Shown piece after piece: positions 1-8,964 of a stretch of 64,000 bases of DNA. The translations under genes and the position numbers were made by a program. Below the pieces are notes generated by a model. The model saw only the letters and a program-made list of their open reading frames with translations. It searched no databases and was not told where the DNA came from. Numbering within the stretch: the stretch's first letter is position 1; every line of letters begins with the position of its first letter. The stretch is from Alphaproteobacteria bacterium (GTDB taxonomy: Bacteria > Pseudomonadota > Alphaproteobacteria > JAAXGF01). The stretch lies in NCBI GenBank assembly GCA_963555825.3, contig CAUVXB020000002.1, positions 832,001 to 896,000 on the forward strand, given 5' to 3'.

Positions 1-441
1 CGCGCCGCAGTGTGCCGCGCCATAGGCCGGCTCGTCGGTGCGCATGATGTCGTTGCCGCCACCCAACAGCGAAACGCCGCAGGTGACGCCGCATTTGAGC
101 CGCTCGAGCGCCGCGAGCCGCGCCTCGGCGCGCCAGAACCCGACGCCCGAGCCGATCGTGTAGATCGTCTCGCAGGCCGCGCTCCAGGCATCGCCGCTGC
201 CCGCGCCCATGGTCTTGACCAGGCCGTGGCCGGCGTGGGCGTGGCAGTCGATCAGCCCGGGCATGGCGACCATGTCGCGGCCGTCGATGATCCGCGCCGC
301 GTCGTGCCGCGCCGCGAGGTCGTCCGTCGCGCCGATCTCGGCGATGCGGTCGCCGGCGATGACGATCGCGCCGTTCTCGATGACGCGACGCTCGCCGTCC
401 ATGGTGACGATCGTCGCATTGGTGATCAGGATGTCGGTCAT
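1..441 (-). CDS. Amidohydrolase (MTA/SAH-deaminase/AtzA-like), 5' part; runs off the window edge
   Basis: Minus strand reads MTDILITNATIVTMDGERRVIENGAIVIAGDRI...MPGLIDCHAH (HxH metal motif). Confidence 0.85.
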   Translation of the reverse strand, partial: MTDILITNATIVTMDGERRVIENGAIVIAGDRIAEIGATDDLAARHDAARIIDGRDMVAMPGLIDCHAHAGHGLVKTMGAGSGDAWSAACETIYTIGSGVGFWRAEARLAALERLKCGVTCGVSLLGGGNDIMRTDEPAYGAAHCGA

Positions 442-473
442 GGGGCGCTGCCTGAATGAACGGGGATAGCCGG

Positions 474-1700
474 CTACGGCCGGTGGAGGACCGCGGGCGC
501 GCGGGTGAAGGTCCGGCGGCCCTGCTTGAAACCGCATAATGGCGCGGCCAGCGTCTGGACCGCCGCCTCGGGCGTGGCGCAGTCGAGCACGACGATATCG
601 GCCGGATTGCCGACCCGAATGCCGTAATCGGCGGCGCGCATCAGCGTGGCCGGCCGGTCGGTGACCATGCGCAGGCATTCGGCCATGCCGTGGCGCGTGC
701 CGACGCGGCCGATGTTGGCGTAGAGGTTGGCCATGCGCAGCATCGAGCCGTCGCCGAACGGCGTGAACGGGTTGAGCATGTTGTTGGTCGAAAGCGCGCA
801 GTTGACGCCGGCCTCGACCAGGCGGTGGGCCGGCGCGACGCCGCGCACGATGTCGTGGTCGCGCCCGGCGCCCATCAAGTAGAGATCGGTCGACGGCAGC
901 ACGGTCACCGCGACCCCGGCGTCGGCGAGCCGGGCGGCGACGGCGCCGAGGCGCTCGGCGGGCAGCGCCGAAAGCTTGCTGACATGGCCGATCGCGACGC
1001 GGCCGCCATAGCCGTACCGATCGGTAAGCCGGCAGACCTCGTCGACCGTCATGCCCTCGGGGTTGGTGTCGAAATCGAGATGGCAATCGATGTCGGCGTC
1101 GAAGTCGCGGGCGATCTCGAAGACCCGCGCGATCTGGCCCTTGGGGTCGCTGTCGGTGTAGGGGCAGCCGCCGACCACCCGGGCGCCGCGCCGCATCGCC
1201 TCGACCATCAATTCGTCGGTGCCCGGATTGTCGGTGAGGCCTTCCTGGGGGAAGACGCAGATCTCCAGGTCGATCGCCCAGCGGTAGTCCTCGATCAGCG
1301 GCAGCACCGCCTCGATGCCCTTGACGCCGATCACCGGGTCGACTTCGAGATGGCTGCGCATGCGTGTCGTGCCCTGCGCGATGCAGCGCTCAAGGACCTC
1401 GACGGCGCGCGCCCGGATGTCGGCGACGGTGAACGCCCGCTTGGCGCGCGAGACCTCGCGGATCGCCTCGGCCAGCGTACCCTCCTCGGCCGCGCAGCGC
1501 TCCAATATGCACGCCTTGTCGAGATGGATGTGTGATTCGACGAAGCCCGGCACCACCAGGCGGCCGCCGAGATCGAGGGTTTCGGCGTCGGCGGCGATGG
1601 CCGGCTCGATGGCGGCGATCCGACCCGCCTCGATCGCGATATCGAGCGGGCCGCGCTGCGCTTCGGTCACGATCAAGGCATTCTTGAGCACCAAGTCCAT
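474..1700 (-). CDS. Cytosine/creatinine deaminase-like amidohydrolase
   Basis: PGFVESHIHLDK, FPQEG, DCHLD and NPFTPFG motifs; 408 aa. Confidence 0.88.
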   Translation of the reverse strand: MDLVLKNALIVTEAQRGPLDIAIEAGRIAAIEPAIAADAETLDLGGRLVVPGFVESHIHLDKACILERCAAEEGTLAEAIREVSRAKRAFTVADIRARAVEVLERCIAQGTTRMRSHLEVDPVIGVKGIEAVLPLIEDYRWAIDLEICVFPQEGLTDNPGTDELMVEAMRRGARVVGGCPYTDSDPKGQIARVFEIARDFDADIDCHLDFDTNPEGMTVDEVCRLTDRYGYGGRVAIGHVSKLSALPAERLGAVAARLADAGVAVTVLPSTDLYLMGAGRDHDIVRGVAPAHRLVEAGVNCALSTNNMLNPFTPFGDGSMLRMANLYANIGRVGTRHGMAECLRMVTDRPATLMRAADYGIRVGNPADIVVLDCATPEAAVQTLAAPLCGFKQGRRTFTRAPAVLHRP

Positions 1701-1713
1701 GCCGCCAGCCTAG

Positions 1714-1979
1714 CCCGGAATTCTCACCATGGACAGGTGCGGCACGGTAGATATCGGACGACAGGCTAGGAAAAGCGTGCGGCGCGATGCTTGCGCATCG
1801 GGCAAGCGCTTTGACGCGGCCTGTCGTCCGAGATCCGCCGCCCTTCGGGTCGCGCCGGGCGGGCCGCCCGCGGCGTCGAAGGCCTTGACCGTGGCCCAGG
1901 CCACGCTCCGCGGCCTTCTTCTGGCGGATCGGCGACCGCCCGACGCGATGACGCGCCTGTCCATGGTGAGAACGCCGGG
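1714..1979. mobile_element. MITE (266 bp) with IS1380-like ends
   Basis: Terminal IR CCCGG(AA/CG)TTCTCACCATGGACAGG(T/C)GCG; CCTAG direct repeats at 1709-1713 and 1980-1984; hairpin-rich interior with no credible ORF. Confidence 0.8.
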
Positions 1980-2053
1980 CCTAGCCCAGAAACCGCCATG
2001 AATCGACGCGTCGCGTGATACCGTATGAAGGCTCAATTTCGGAGGGTCGTCTC

Positions 2054-2824
2054 GTGAAGCTCGAAGGCAAAAACGTCGTCGTCACCGGCGGCGCCGGCGG
2101 CATCGGCGCGGCGCTGGCGCACCGTTTCCACGCCGAGGGCGCCGCCGGCATCACGCTCGCCGACATCCAGGCGGCGCCGCTCGACGCGGTCGCCGAGGCG
2201 GTCGGCGGCCTCGCCGTCGTCTGCGACGTCACCGACGAGACCGCGGTCCAAGCGCTCGTCCGGCGCGCCGAGGCGGCCTGCGGTCCGATCGACGTGTTCT
2301 GCAGCAACGCCGGCGTCGCGCTCACCGGCGACGAGAGCGCGCCCGACGCCGACTGGCGGCTCACCTGGGAGCTCCACGTCATGGCCCATGTCTATGCCGC
2401 CCGTTCCGTGGCGCCCGGCATGGCGGCGCGCGGCTCGGGCTATCTGGTCAACACGGCGTCGGCCGCCGGGCTGCTGACCCACACCGGCTCGGCGACCTAC
2501 GCGGTGACCAAGCATGCCGCCGTCGCCTTCGCCGAGTGGCTCGCGATCGCCTATGGCGACAAGGGCGTGCGGGTCTCGGTGCTGTGCCCGCAGGCGGTGC
2601 GCACCGCGATGATCGCCGGCCGCGAATCGGGGGTCGCCAGCGTCGACGGCGTGCTCACGCCCGAGGAGGTCGCCGAATGCGTCGTCGAGACCATGGCGCG
2701 CGAGGAATTCTTGATCCTGCCGCACGCCAAGGTGCGCGACTACATGCAATTCAAGACGGGCGACGTCGACCGCTGGCTCGGCGGCATGCGCAAGCTGCGC
2801 GCCAAGTACCCGGACGGCATCTGA
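2054..2824 (+). CDS. Short-chain dehydrogenase/reductase
   Basis: TGGAGGIG, SNAG and YAVTK motifs; GTG start after GGAGG. Confidence 0.93.
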   Translation: MKLEGKNVVVTGGAGGIGAALAHRFHAEGAAGITLADIQAAPLDAVAEAVGGLAVVCDVTDETAVQALVRRAEAACGPIDVFCSNAGVALTGDESAPDADWRLTWELHVMAHVYAARSVAPGMAARGSGYLVNTASAAGLLTHTGSATYAVTKHAAVAFAEWLAIAYGDKGVRVSVLCPQAVRTAMIAGRESGVASVDGVLTPEEVAECVVETMAREEFLILPHAKVRDYMQFKTGDVDRWLGGMRKLRAKYPDGI

Positions 2825-2971
2825 GCGGCGGGGCCCGAGCCATGGCGGACGATGTCGAGATCGCCGCTGCTAAGCGCGGGCCAGAGCGGACCAAGCGCAT
2901 CGGGATCGGCATGATCACGCGGGCGCGCGAGACCCGATCAACGATCCCTCGCCGGCAAAAATTGATGGTGA

Positions 2972-3045
2972 AAATAAAATGGTGTCAGACTCTATTTATT
3001 TCATTGTTATTATTTGTTTATAATGGTGTCTGACACCATTTATTG
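2972..3045. repeat. REP-like palindromic doublet in an AT-rich patch
   Basis: AATGGTGTCAGACTCTATTT and AATGGTGTCTGACACCATT between convergent genes. Confidence 0.55.
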
Positions 3046-3091
3046 TAAGTGTCCGACTGAGGTTGGCTGGGTTCGCGGTCGCCGTTGGCGG

Positions 3092-4375
3092 CTAGGCCGG
3101 CGGGGACCTGAGGAAGTCGACCGTCTCGGTCGTGCCGTCGAGGTCGAGCCGGGCCTCGGTCGGCGCCATGCGCGAGATCACCTTGCCGCGGCGCACGACG
3201 TAGAGCCGCGTCGCGCGCAGCCGGATCGCCTCGATCGGGTCGCCGGCCTGCAGGACGACCAGATCGGCGTTGCAGCCGGGCTCGAGGCCATAGCCCTCGA
3301 GGTGGAGCAACTCGGCGCCGGTCTCGGTGACCGCGCGGAACATGGCGCGCAGCTCGTCGGTGCCGATCATATGGCCGACATGGGCCGCCATATGGGCGAC
3401 CTCGAGCATGTCGTGGCTGCCCAGGCTGTACCACGGGTCCATCACGCAATCGTGGCCCAAGGCGACCGGGATGCCGTGCGCCAGCAGCTCGCGCACGCGG
3501 GTCATGCCGCGCCGCTTCGGGTAGGCGTCGTGGCGGCCCTGTATGACGATGTTGATCAGCGGGTTGACGATCGCCGCGACGCCCGCCTCCTTGATCAGCG
3601 GCAGCAGCTTGCTGACGTAGTCGTTGTCCATCGAGTGCATCGAGGTCAGATGCGAACCGACGACGCGGCCATGCAGCCCGAGCCGGTCGGTCTCGGCGGA
3701 CAGGGTCTCGATGTGGCGCGAGGCCGGGTCGTCGGTCTCGTCGCAGTGCATATCGACCAGCAGGCCGCGCTGGGCGGCGATCTCGGTGAGCGCCGTCACC
3801 GAGGCGGCGCCGTCGGCCATGGTGCGCTCGAAATGCGGGATGCCGCCGACGACATCGACGCCCTTGTCGAGCGCCCTCGCGAGATTGTCCAGGCCGTCGG
3901 GCGCGCGGTAGATGCCGTTCTGCGGGAAGGCGACGAGCTGCAGGTCGATCCAGGGCGCGATCTCGGCCTTGACCTCGAGGAGCGCGTCGACCGCCGTCAG
4001 CGCCGCGTCGGAGACGTCGACGTGGCTGCGGATCGCCAGGGTGCCGCGCGCGATCGACCAGCGGCACAGCGCGTGCGCGCGCTGCTTGATCGCCTCGGGC
4101 GTCAGCGTCGGCGCCAGCTCGCCCCACAGCCGGATGCCCTCGAGCAGCGTGCCGCTCTGGTTCATCCTGGGCAGGCCGAGGCTGAGCGTCGCGTCCATGT
4201 GGAAGTGGCTGTCGACGAAGGGCGGCGTCACCAGATGGCCGGCTGCGTCGATCGCCTCGACGGCGTCGGCTTCGATCGCTGGCGCCAGCTCGGCAATCCG
4301 GCCGTCCTTGACGGCGATGTCGACGCCGCGGCGGCCGTCGGCGAGCGTCGCATTGCGAATTATCAGATCGAGCAT
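3092..4375 (-). CDS. codA: Cytosine deaminase-like amidohydrolase
   Basis: PPFVDSHFHMD, NQSGTLLEGI, HCDETDDP and GHDCVMDPWY motifs; ATG after GAGGAG. Confidence 0.85.
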   Translation of the reverse strand: MLDLIIRNATLADGRRGVDIAVKDGRIAELAPAIEADAVEAIDAAGHLVTPPFVDSHFHMDATLSLGLPRMNQSGTLLEGIRLWGELAPTLTPEAIKQRAHALCRWSIARGTLAIRSHVDVSDAALTAVDALLEVKAEIAPWIDLQLVAFPQNGIYRAPDGLDNLARALDKGVDVVGGIPHFERTMADGAASVTALTEIAAQRGLLVDMHCDETDDPASRHIETLSAETDRLGLHGRVVGSHLTSMHSMDNDYVSKLLPLIKEAGVAAIVNPLINIVIQGRHDAYPKRRGMTRVRELLAHGIPVALGHDCVMDPWYSLGSHDMLEVAHMAAHVGHMIGTDELRAMFRAVTETGAELLHLEGYGLEPGCNADLVVLQAGDPIEAIRLRATRLYVVRRGKVISRMAPTEARLDLDGTTETVDFLRSPPA

Positions 4376-4398
4376 GGCGGCTCCTCGGTAACGCGCGA

Positions 4399-4434
4399 CC
4401 ACAATACTTGCACCCTTGCCGCGTTCAAGGGCCG
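4399..4434 (-). promoter_or_regulatory. Putative sigma70 promoter of codA with an overlapping palindrome
   Basis: Minus strand TTGAAC-N16-TATTGT; CCCTTG-N7-CAAGGG inverted repeat; conserved in a second copy at 8531-8566. Confidence 0.45.
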
Positions 4435-4474
4435 CGCGCGTCGGGACTTTGATCCGACGGGCCGACGTGTTTGA

Positions 4475-4772
4475 TACCAAGGATCAGTGATAAAGACCCC
4501 TAGAGACGGCTTGCCGTGGTTCTCGGCTAGGCGCGCCCGTCGCGGCGATGCCCATGTATGGCAATAGGAGGGGCATCGCAAGACGGGCGGAACGACGTCC
4601 GCCAGTCTGATAGCGGGCGAGAGCCTCGGCAAGCCGCCCTCCGGGTCGCGTCCGCTTATCGCCGGCGGGCGCCAGGTTGCCTAGCCGATGCGCTGCATCG
4701 CCCGCGGCTCCCTTGCCTCACCGGCGAAAAGCGGACGCGATCTCTATGGGTCTTTATCACTGATCCTTGGTA
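4475..4772. mobile_element. MITE (298 bp) with IS630-like TACC..GGTA ends
   Basis: About 32-bp IR TACCAAGGATCAGTGATAAAGACCC(C/A)TAGAGA; flanked by TGA on both sides. Confidence 0.85.
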
Positions 4773-4783
4773 TGAGTAGCGGC

Positions 4784-5755
4784 ATGGCAGTCCGGCGCCA
4801 CCCCGTCACGACGATGATCCTCGCGCGGGTCGCGGTCGGCGTCGTCGCGCTGTTCGTCATCTCGTCGATGTTGTTCGTGGCGCTCGAACTGCTGCCCGGC
4901 GACTTCGCCGACGCCATCCTCGGGCGCGGCCGCACGCCGGAACGCCTGGCGGCGGTCCGCGAGGCCCTGGGCCTCGATCGCGCCGCACACCTGCGTTATG
5001 CCGATTGGGTGGTCGGCGCCCTGTCGCTGGATTTCGGAACCTCGTGGAAATGGGGTACCCCGGTTTGGCCGATCATCGCGCCACGCCTCTATAACTCTCT
5101 GCTGTTGGCGGCGCTGACGGCAATTTTTGCTGTGCCGCTCGGCCTTGTCCTCGGCGTCTATGCGGCGACCAAGAAGGGCACCCTTTTCGACCGCACGACC
5201 TCGCTCGGGACCCTGGTGCTGTTCGCCACGCCCGACTTCGTGCTGGCCTATTTCCTCGCCTTTATCTTGGTCGTCACGTTCCGGGTGTTTCCCGCCTTCA
5301 CCGCATGGATGCCGGACATATCGTTGGGAGATAGGCTGTACGGCATGGCGCTGCCCACCTTGACGCTGACCCTGGTGTCGCTCGCCCCGATCATGCGCCT
5401 GACCCGGGCCAGCATTCTCAACCTCCTCGCCGAACCCTACATCGAGATGGCCCGACTCAAGGGCCTGACGCCGTGGCGGGTGATTACGCGCCATGCGCTG
5501 CCCAACGCGCTTGGCCCGATCATCAACGTCACGATCATGATCATCGCCCACCTGATCGTCGGCGTCGTCATCGTCGAGGTGTTGTTCACTTACCGGGGCC
5601 TGGGCAGCTTCATGGTCGAGTCCGTGGCGTCGCGCGACCTTCCCGTGGTCCAGGCCAGCGGCATGATCTTCGCGACGATTTACATTTTCCTGTTTCTGGT
5701 CGCCGATATCATCGCGCTGGCCAGCAACCCGCGGCTCCGCAATCCGGACCGGTGA
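4784..5755 (+). CDS. Peptide/nickel ABC transporter permease (DppB/OppB-like), orphan
   Basis: LPGD N-terminal motif, EAA-loop region YIEMARLKGL, RHALPNA, RDLPVVQ; start chosen downstream of the MITE. Confidence 0.88.
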   Translation: MAVRRHPVTTMILARVAVGVVALFVISSMLFVALELLPGDFADAILGRGRTPERLAAVREALGLDRAAHLRYADWVVGALSLDFGTSWKWGTPVWPIIAPRLYNSLLLAALTAIFAVPLGLVLGVYAATKKGTLFDRTTSLGTLVLFATPDFVLAYFLAFILVVTFRVFPAFTAWMPDISLGDRLYGMALPTLTLTLVSLAPIMRLTRASILNLLAEPYIEMARLKGLTPWRVITRHALPNALGPIINVTIMIIAHLIVGVVIVEVLFTYRGLGSFMVESVASRDLPVVQASGMIFATIYIFLFLVADIIALASNPRLRNPDR

Positions 5756-5924
5756 CGGAGGAACCGATGCCGCCGCCGAACCTCGTCTCGCCGACGCCGG
5801 CGACCGTGACGGCGGCGTCGTTGGAGGCCCTGTCGAGGCGCTGTAGAGGCGCGACCATTGGCGTGCCTGAAGGACAGCCCTTCAACCGACCGACGGCTCG
5901 ATCTTGCGTCGTTTAAGGGGCTTT

Positions 5925-6365
5925 CTATTCCACCTTGATCATCATGGGTTTGCCGATATCGCCGACCTGGAAGACCAGTATCTCGAGATCGTCGGTCCCA
6001 CTCAAATTCTTGCCGGTCATCGCGGCGTCGATATCCTCCGCGTACAGCTCGCCCGCGCCGAAGGTCTTGGTTTCACCGTCGAGCACGACGGTAAGCTCGC
6101 CCTCGAGCACATAGACAAAAACTGGGCCAGGATGAAGGTGCCGACCACCGACAAATTTGGCAGGGAGTGCGAGATGCTTGACGATCATTTCTTTGCCGTC
6201 AATCCCGGGAAGAGGCGCTTGATGGAGTGTCTTCACCATGGCTTTCGGTTTATATTCCTCTTGCGCATCAGCGGCTTGCAAACTCGCGAAACTCAACAAA
6301 AACGCCGATGCGAGTGCCATGCTGAATAGACATTTCGTGTACGTCATTTTCCCCCTCATCGACAC
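5925..6365 (-). CDS. Exported cupin-domain protein
   Basis: Signal-like N-terminus; HLHPGPVFVYVLEGE cupin motif; exact start uncertain. Confidence 0.8.
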   Translation of the reverse strand: MSMRGKMTYTKCLFSMALASAFLLSFASLQAADAQEEYKPKAMVKTLHQAPLPGIDGKEMIVKHLALPAKFVGGRHLHPGPVFVYVLEGELTVVLDGETKTFGAGELYAEDIDAAMTGKNLSGTDDLEILVFQVGDIGKPMMIKVE

Positions 6366-7032
6366 TAGACCGGTAAATGCGATGCGCGCCCACCGTTCCG
6401 ATTAGCCCACGAGGCGATGGGCGAAAGTCGATGCGTAAAATTTTGGCCCAGCCACCGTTGTGGTGTCTGGTATCGCCTCACGAACTCGTGAACGATAACA
6501 ACCCGCACAACTTCGGGCAAGACGGAAGAGGTTTACCGACCATTTCGGATCCGGTCCGATCGATCAACGGACATTCGCATGGCTCGATAGGCGCACCTGT
6601 GCGGCGCGCGCTTGACCGCCATTCTCGATGCGCCGGTTCGATTTCGGCCATTCCAGATCAACCTATCTTCGGGAAGGTTCGGATGACGGGATGATCGCGA
6701 ATGGCCATGTGAAATCGTCAACGTCGCAATTCGATCACCAGCCTGATGACGATCACCGCCGCGACGGCGCCCAGCAGCCAAAACACGATCTCCACCGGCA
6801 TGCCGAGAACCATGGCGCCGGTCTCGGTCGACGGTTGCGCCGCCGTTTCCGCCGGTTGCTCTCCGAAGTCGCCAGCGAACACAGCGAGCGAGCTCGCCAC
6901 CAGCGCCAACAATATCAGTTGGATGACGGCGCAGTCGATGCGCGACATGCCGCTATCGTCCCGGAGGAACGTGCCGATGCTGCGCGGCAAGTGTTCGTGT
7001 ATCGCACCCGGTTCCTTGGACACAAGTTTGTC

Positions 7033-7944
7033 TCATGCGGCGGGCCTGAGTGACATCGCGGTGTGCCACGCCTGACGAGCTTGAGCGGGGCTCAGGTAGC
7101 CGTTCTTCTCCACGATCCACTGGGCATTGTACTGTTCGACGAACCCGCGGACGGCGTTCCGCAGCTCCGCGATGTTGCGGTAGATGCGGCCATGGATGAT
7201 CTGTTCCTTGAGCGTGCGATTGAACCTCTCGGCGACGCCGTTGGTCTGGGGCTGTTCGACGAAGGCGTAGGACGGCTGGATGCCCCAGAACTTGATCTGG
7301 TTGGTGAAGTGGTCCGACAGATACTGGGAGCCGTGATCCATCCGCAAGGCCAGCCCCCGCGCCGCACCGGCGGAGGTCGAGGCATACAGCCTCGCAAGCC
7401 CCATGGAGATCGGCTGAAGGGCGGCGAAGCGGTCGCCTCGCTTGCACACATGCCAGCCGACGCACTCGGCGTTCCAATGCTCGATGGCGGTGAATATCCA
7501 GCCCCAGCCGTCGTCCACCGTGAACACCCGAACGCCGTCCGTGCCCCACATGAGGTTGGGGGCATGGGTGATGATCTCACCGACATGGGGATTTCCGCCA
7601 CGGCGGCGGCAGCGATGGGGCGAGAGCAGGTTGTTCTCGCGCATCACCCGGAGCCCCCGCTTGCGGGAAACACGGATGCCACGACAGACCCGAAGCCGAG
7701 CCCAGACCTTGCGGTGTCCCTCGCCCTCCCAGGGGGATGCCTCCAGGTCGGCCTCGATGGCCACCAGCAGAGCCTCGTCCGAGATCGAGGGCTTCGGTCC
7801 CCGGCGCTTTGCTGGTGGGCGCTCAGCGGTGGCCTGCTGCCGGGATTTCATGGCGTAGAACGAGGAACGGGCAAAACCCCAGGCCGCACAGACCCGCTGG
7901 AGGCCGTAGGCCAAACCCGTGCCGGGAGAGGTGGCGGCACTCAT
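7033..7944 (-). CDS. Transposase OrfB (rve/DDE integrase core)
   Basis: WGTD, RMDHGSQY and NGVAERFNRTLKE motifs. Confidence 0.93.
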   Translation of the reverse strand: MSAATSPGTGLAYGLQRVCAAWGFARSSFYAMKSRQQATAERPPAKRRGPKPSISDEALLVAIEADLEASPWEGEGHRKVWARLRVCRGIRVSRKRGLRVMRENNLLSPHRCRRRGGNPHVGEIITHAPNLMWGTDGVRVFTVDDGWGWIFTAIEHWNAECVGWHVCKRGDRFAALQPISMGLARLYASTSAGAARGLALRMDHGSQYLSDHFTNQIKFWGIQPSYAFVEQPQTNGVAERFNRTLKEQIIHGRIYRNIAELRNAVRGFVEQYNAQWIVEKNGYLSPAQARQAWHTAMSLRPAA

Positions 7945-8372
7945 CGCCGCGACCTCCGCCGCCCCAAAGGGCCGGACGTCTCCGTCTTGGCCTCCAGCAG
8001 TTCCACCTGCATGATCAACTCCCCGATCCGCTTCATGGCGATGTCCAGTTCCGCCTTCACCGGATCGCCCTTGCGTTCCTTGAGCGAGGCATCGATCCCG
8101 GCGATCGCCTTCTCACGCCACTGCTCGAGCCGGAAAATCTCCACGCCCAACTGCCGCGACAAAAGTTCCACCGGCTCGCCACGCAAAAGCCGCAGGGCAA
8201 CCTCACGCTTGCGCGTCACCGTCCACCGCTGGCCAAGTCCCAGCGGGCCTGCCGGCGAAACCTGGCCCGGGGAAAACGTGGACGAGCCAAGCTCGCCCTC
8301 GTTTACCACAGGCCCATCAACAGCAACTTTGTTCTCAAAATTGTCGGTCATGTTCCGGTCCTCCTTGGACAC
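7941..8372 (-). CDS. Transposase OrfA (HTH)
   Basis: RWTVTRKREVALRLLRGE HTH followed by a coiled coil; ATGA overlap with orfB. Confidence 0.85.
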   Translation of the reverse strand: MSKEDRNMTDNFENKVAVDGPVVNEGELGSSTFSPGQVSPAGPLGLGQRWTVTRKREVALRLLRGEPVELLSRQLGVEIFRLEQWREKAIAGIDASLKERKGDPVKAELDIAMKRIGELIMQVELLEAKTETSGPLGRRRSRR

Positions 8373-8475
8373 TTCGATTAAGCCAATTCTGTGTCCAAGG
8401 AAATCGGGTCCGACTCAGCGGCAAGTGTTCGAAAATCGACGTCTTCATTATCCAGATGCGCTCGCCCTTTCAGGC

Positions 8476-8566
8476 GGCGTCGAGTTGCGGATGGTCATTT
8501 CGAGCGTGGCGGCTCCTCGGTTGCGCATGGCCACAATACTTGCGCCCTTGCCGCGTTCAAGGGCCG
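8476..8566 (-). repeat. Degenerate duplicate of the codA promoter, RBS and first codons
   Basis: 35/36 identity of 8531-8566 with 4399-4434; start codon changed from ATG to ACG. Confidence 0.8.
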
Positions 8567-8964
8567 AGCCCCGACCGCGGAGAGAACAGCGGGGCCGGCA
8601 GGTACAGCATGGAGAGCTTGACAACCAACCCCCGAGTTAGAGAACGGCCTCGGCTACAAAGGGACATCCAGCATGCCGAGCCGCAATGTCGGCCCCGATG
8701 ACGCTCTTCAGACAATCGCGCGGGATACGAAAACGGCGGCCCGCCTGCACCGCCGTCTCGCGGTAAGGCCGTCAGGTTGGTTCATTGTACGGTCACCTTG
8801 ACTTCTTGAAGATGACCCGCGCTCAAGCGCCGCGCATGCCAATCTTATGGGATCAAGGGTGGCCGAACAGTCGGCGGCCCGCCCACTTGTCCCATTAGGA
8901 CTGGTGCGGGCTGGCATAATCCGACCGAATCCAATCGATCGAATTATGCGCTAGCGTATTTCGA

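Larger units (their letters stand above)
6998..8417 (-). mobile_element. IS3-like element, copy 1 (1420 bp), 14-bp target duplication
   Basis: TG..CA ends with imperfect IR ending TTCCTTGGACAC; DR GCGGCAAGTGTTCG at 6984-6997 and 8418-8431. Confidence 0.92.
6718..8448 (-). pseudogene. Small membrane protein (Flp prepilin-like N-terminus) interrupted by an IS
   Basis: Removing the IS and one DR restores MKTSIFEHLPRSIGTFLRDDSGMSRIDCAVI..., with two hydrophobic segments. Confidence 0.6.

Noticed and set aside
2842-2960. MADDVEIAAAK.. as a possible gene-start remnant
   Set aside because: Too short and degenerate to assign.
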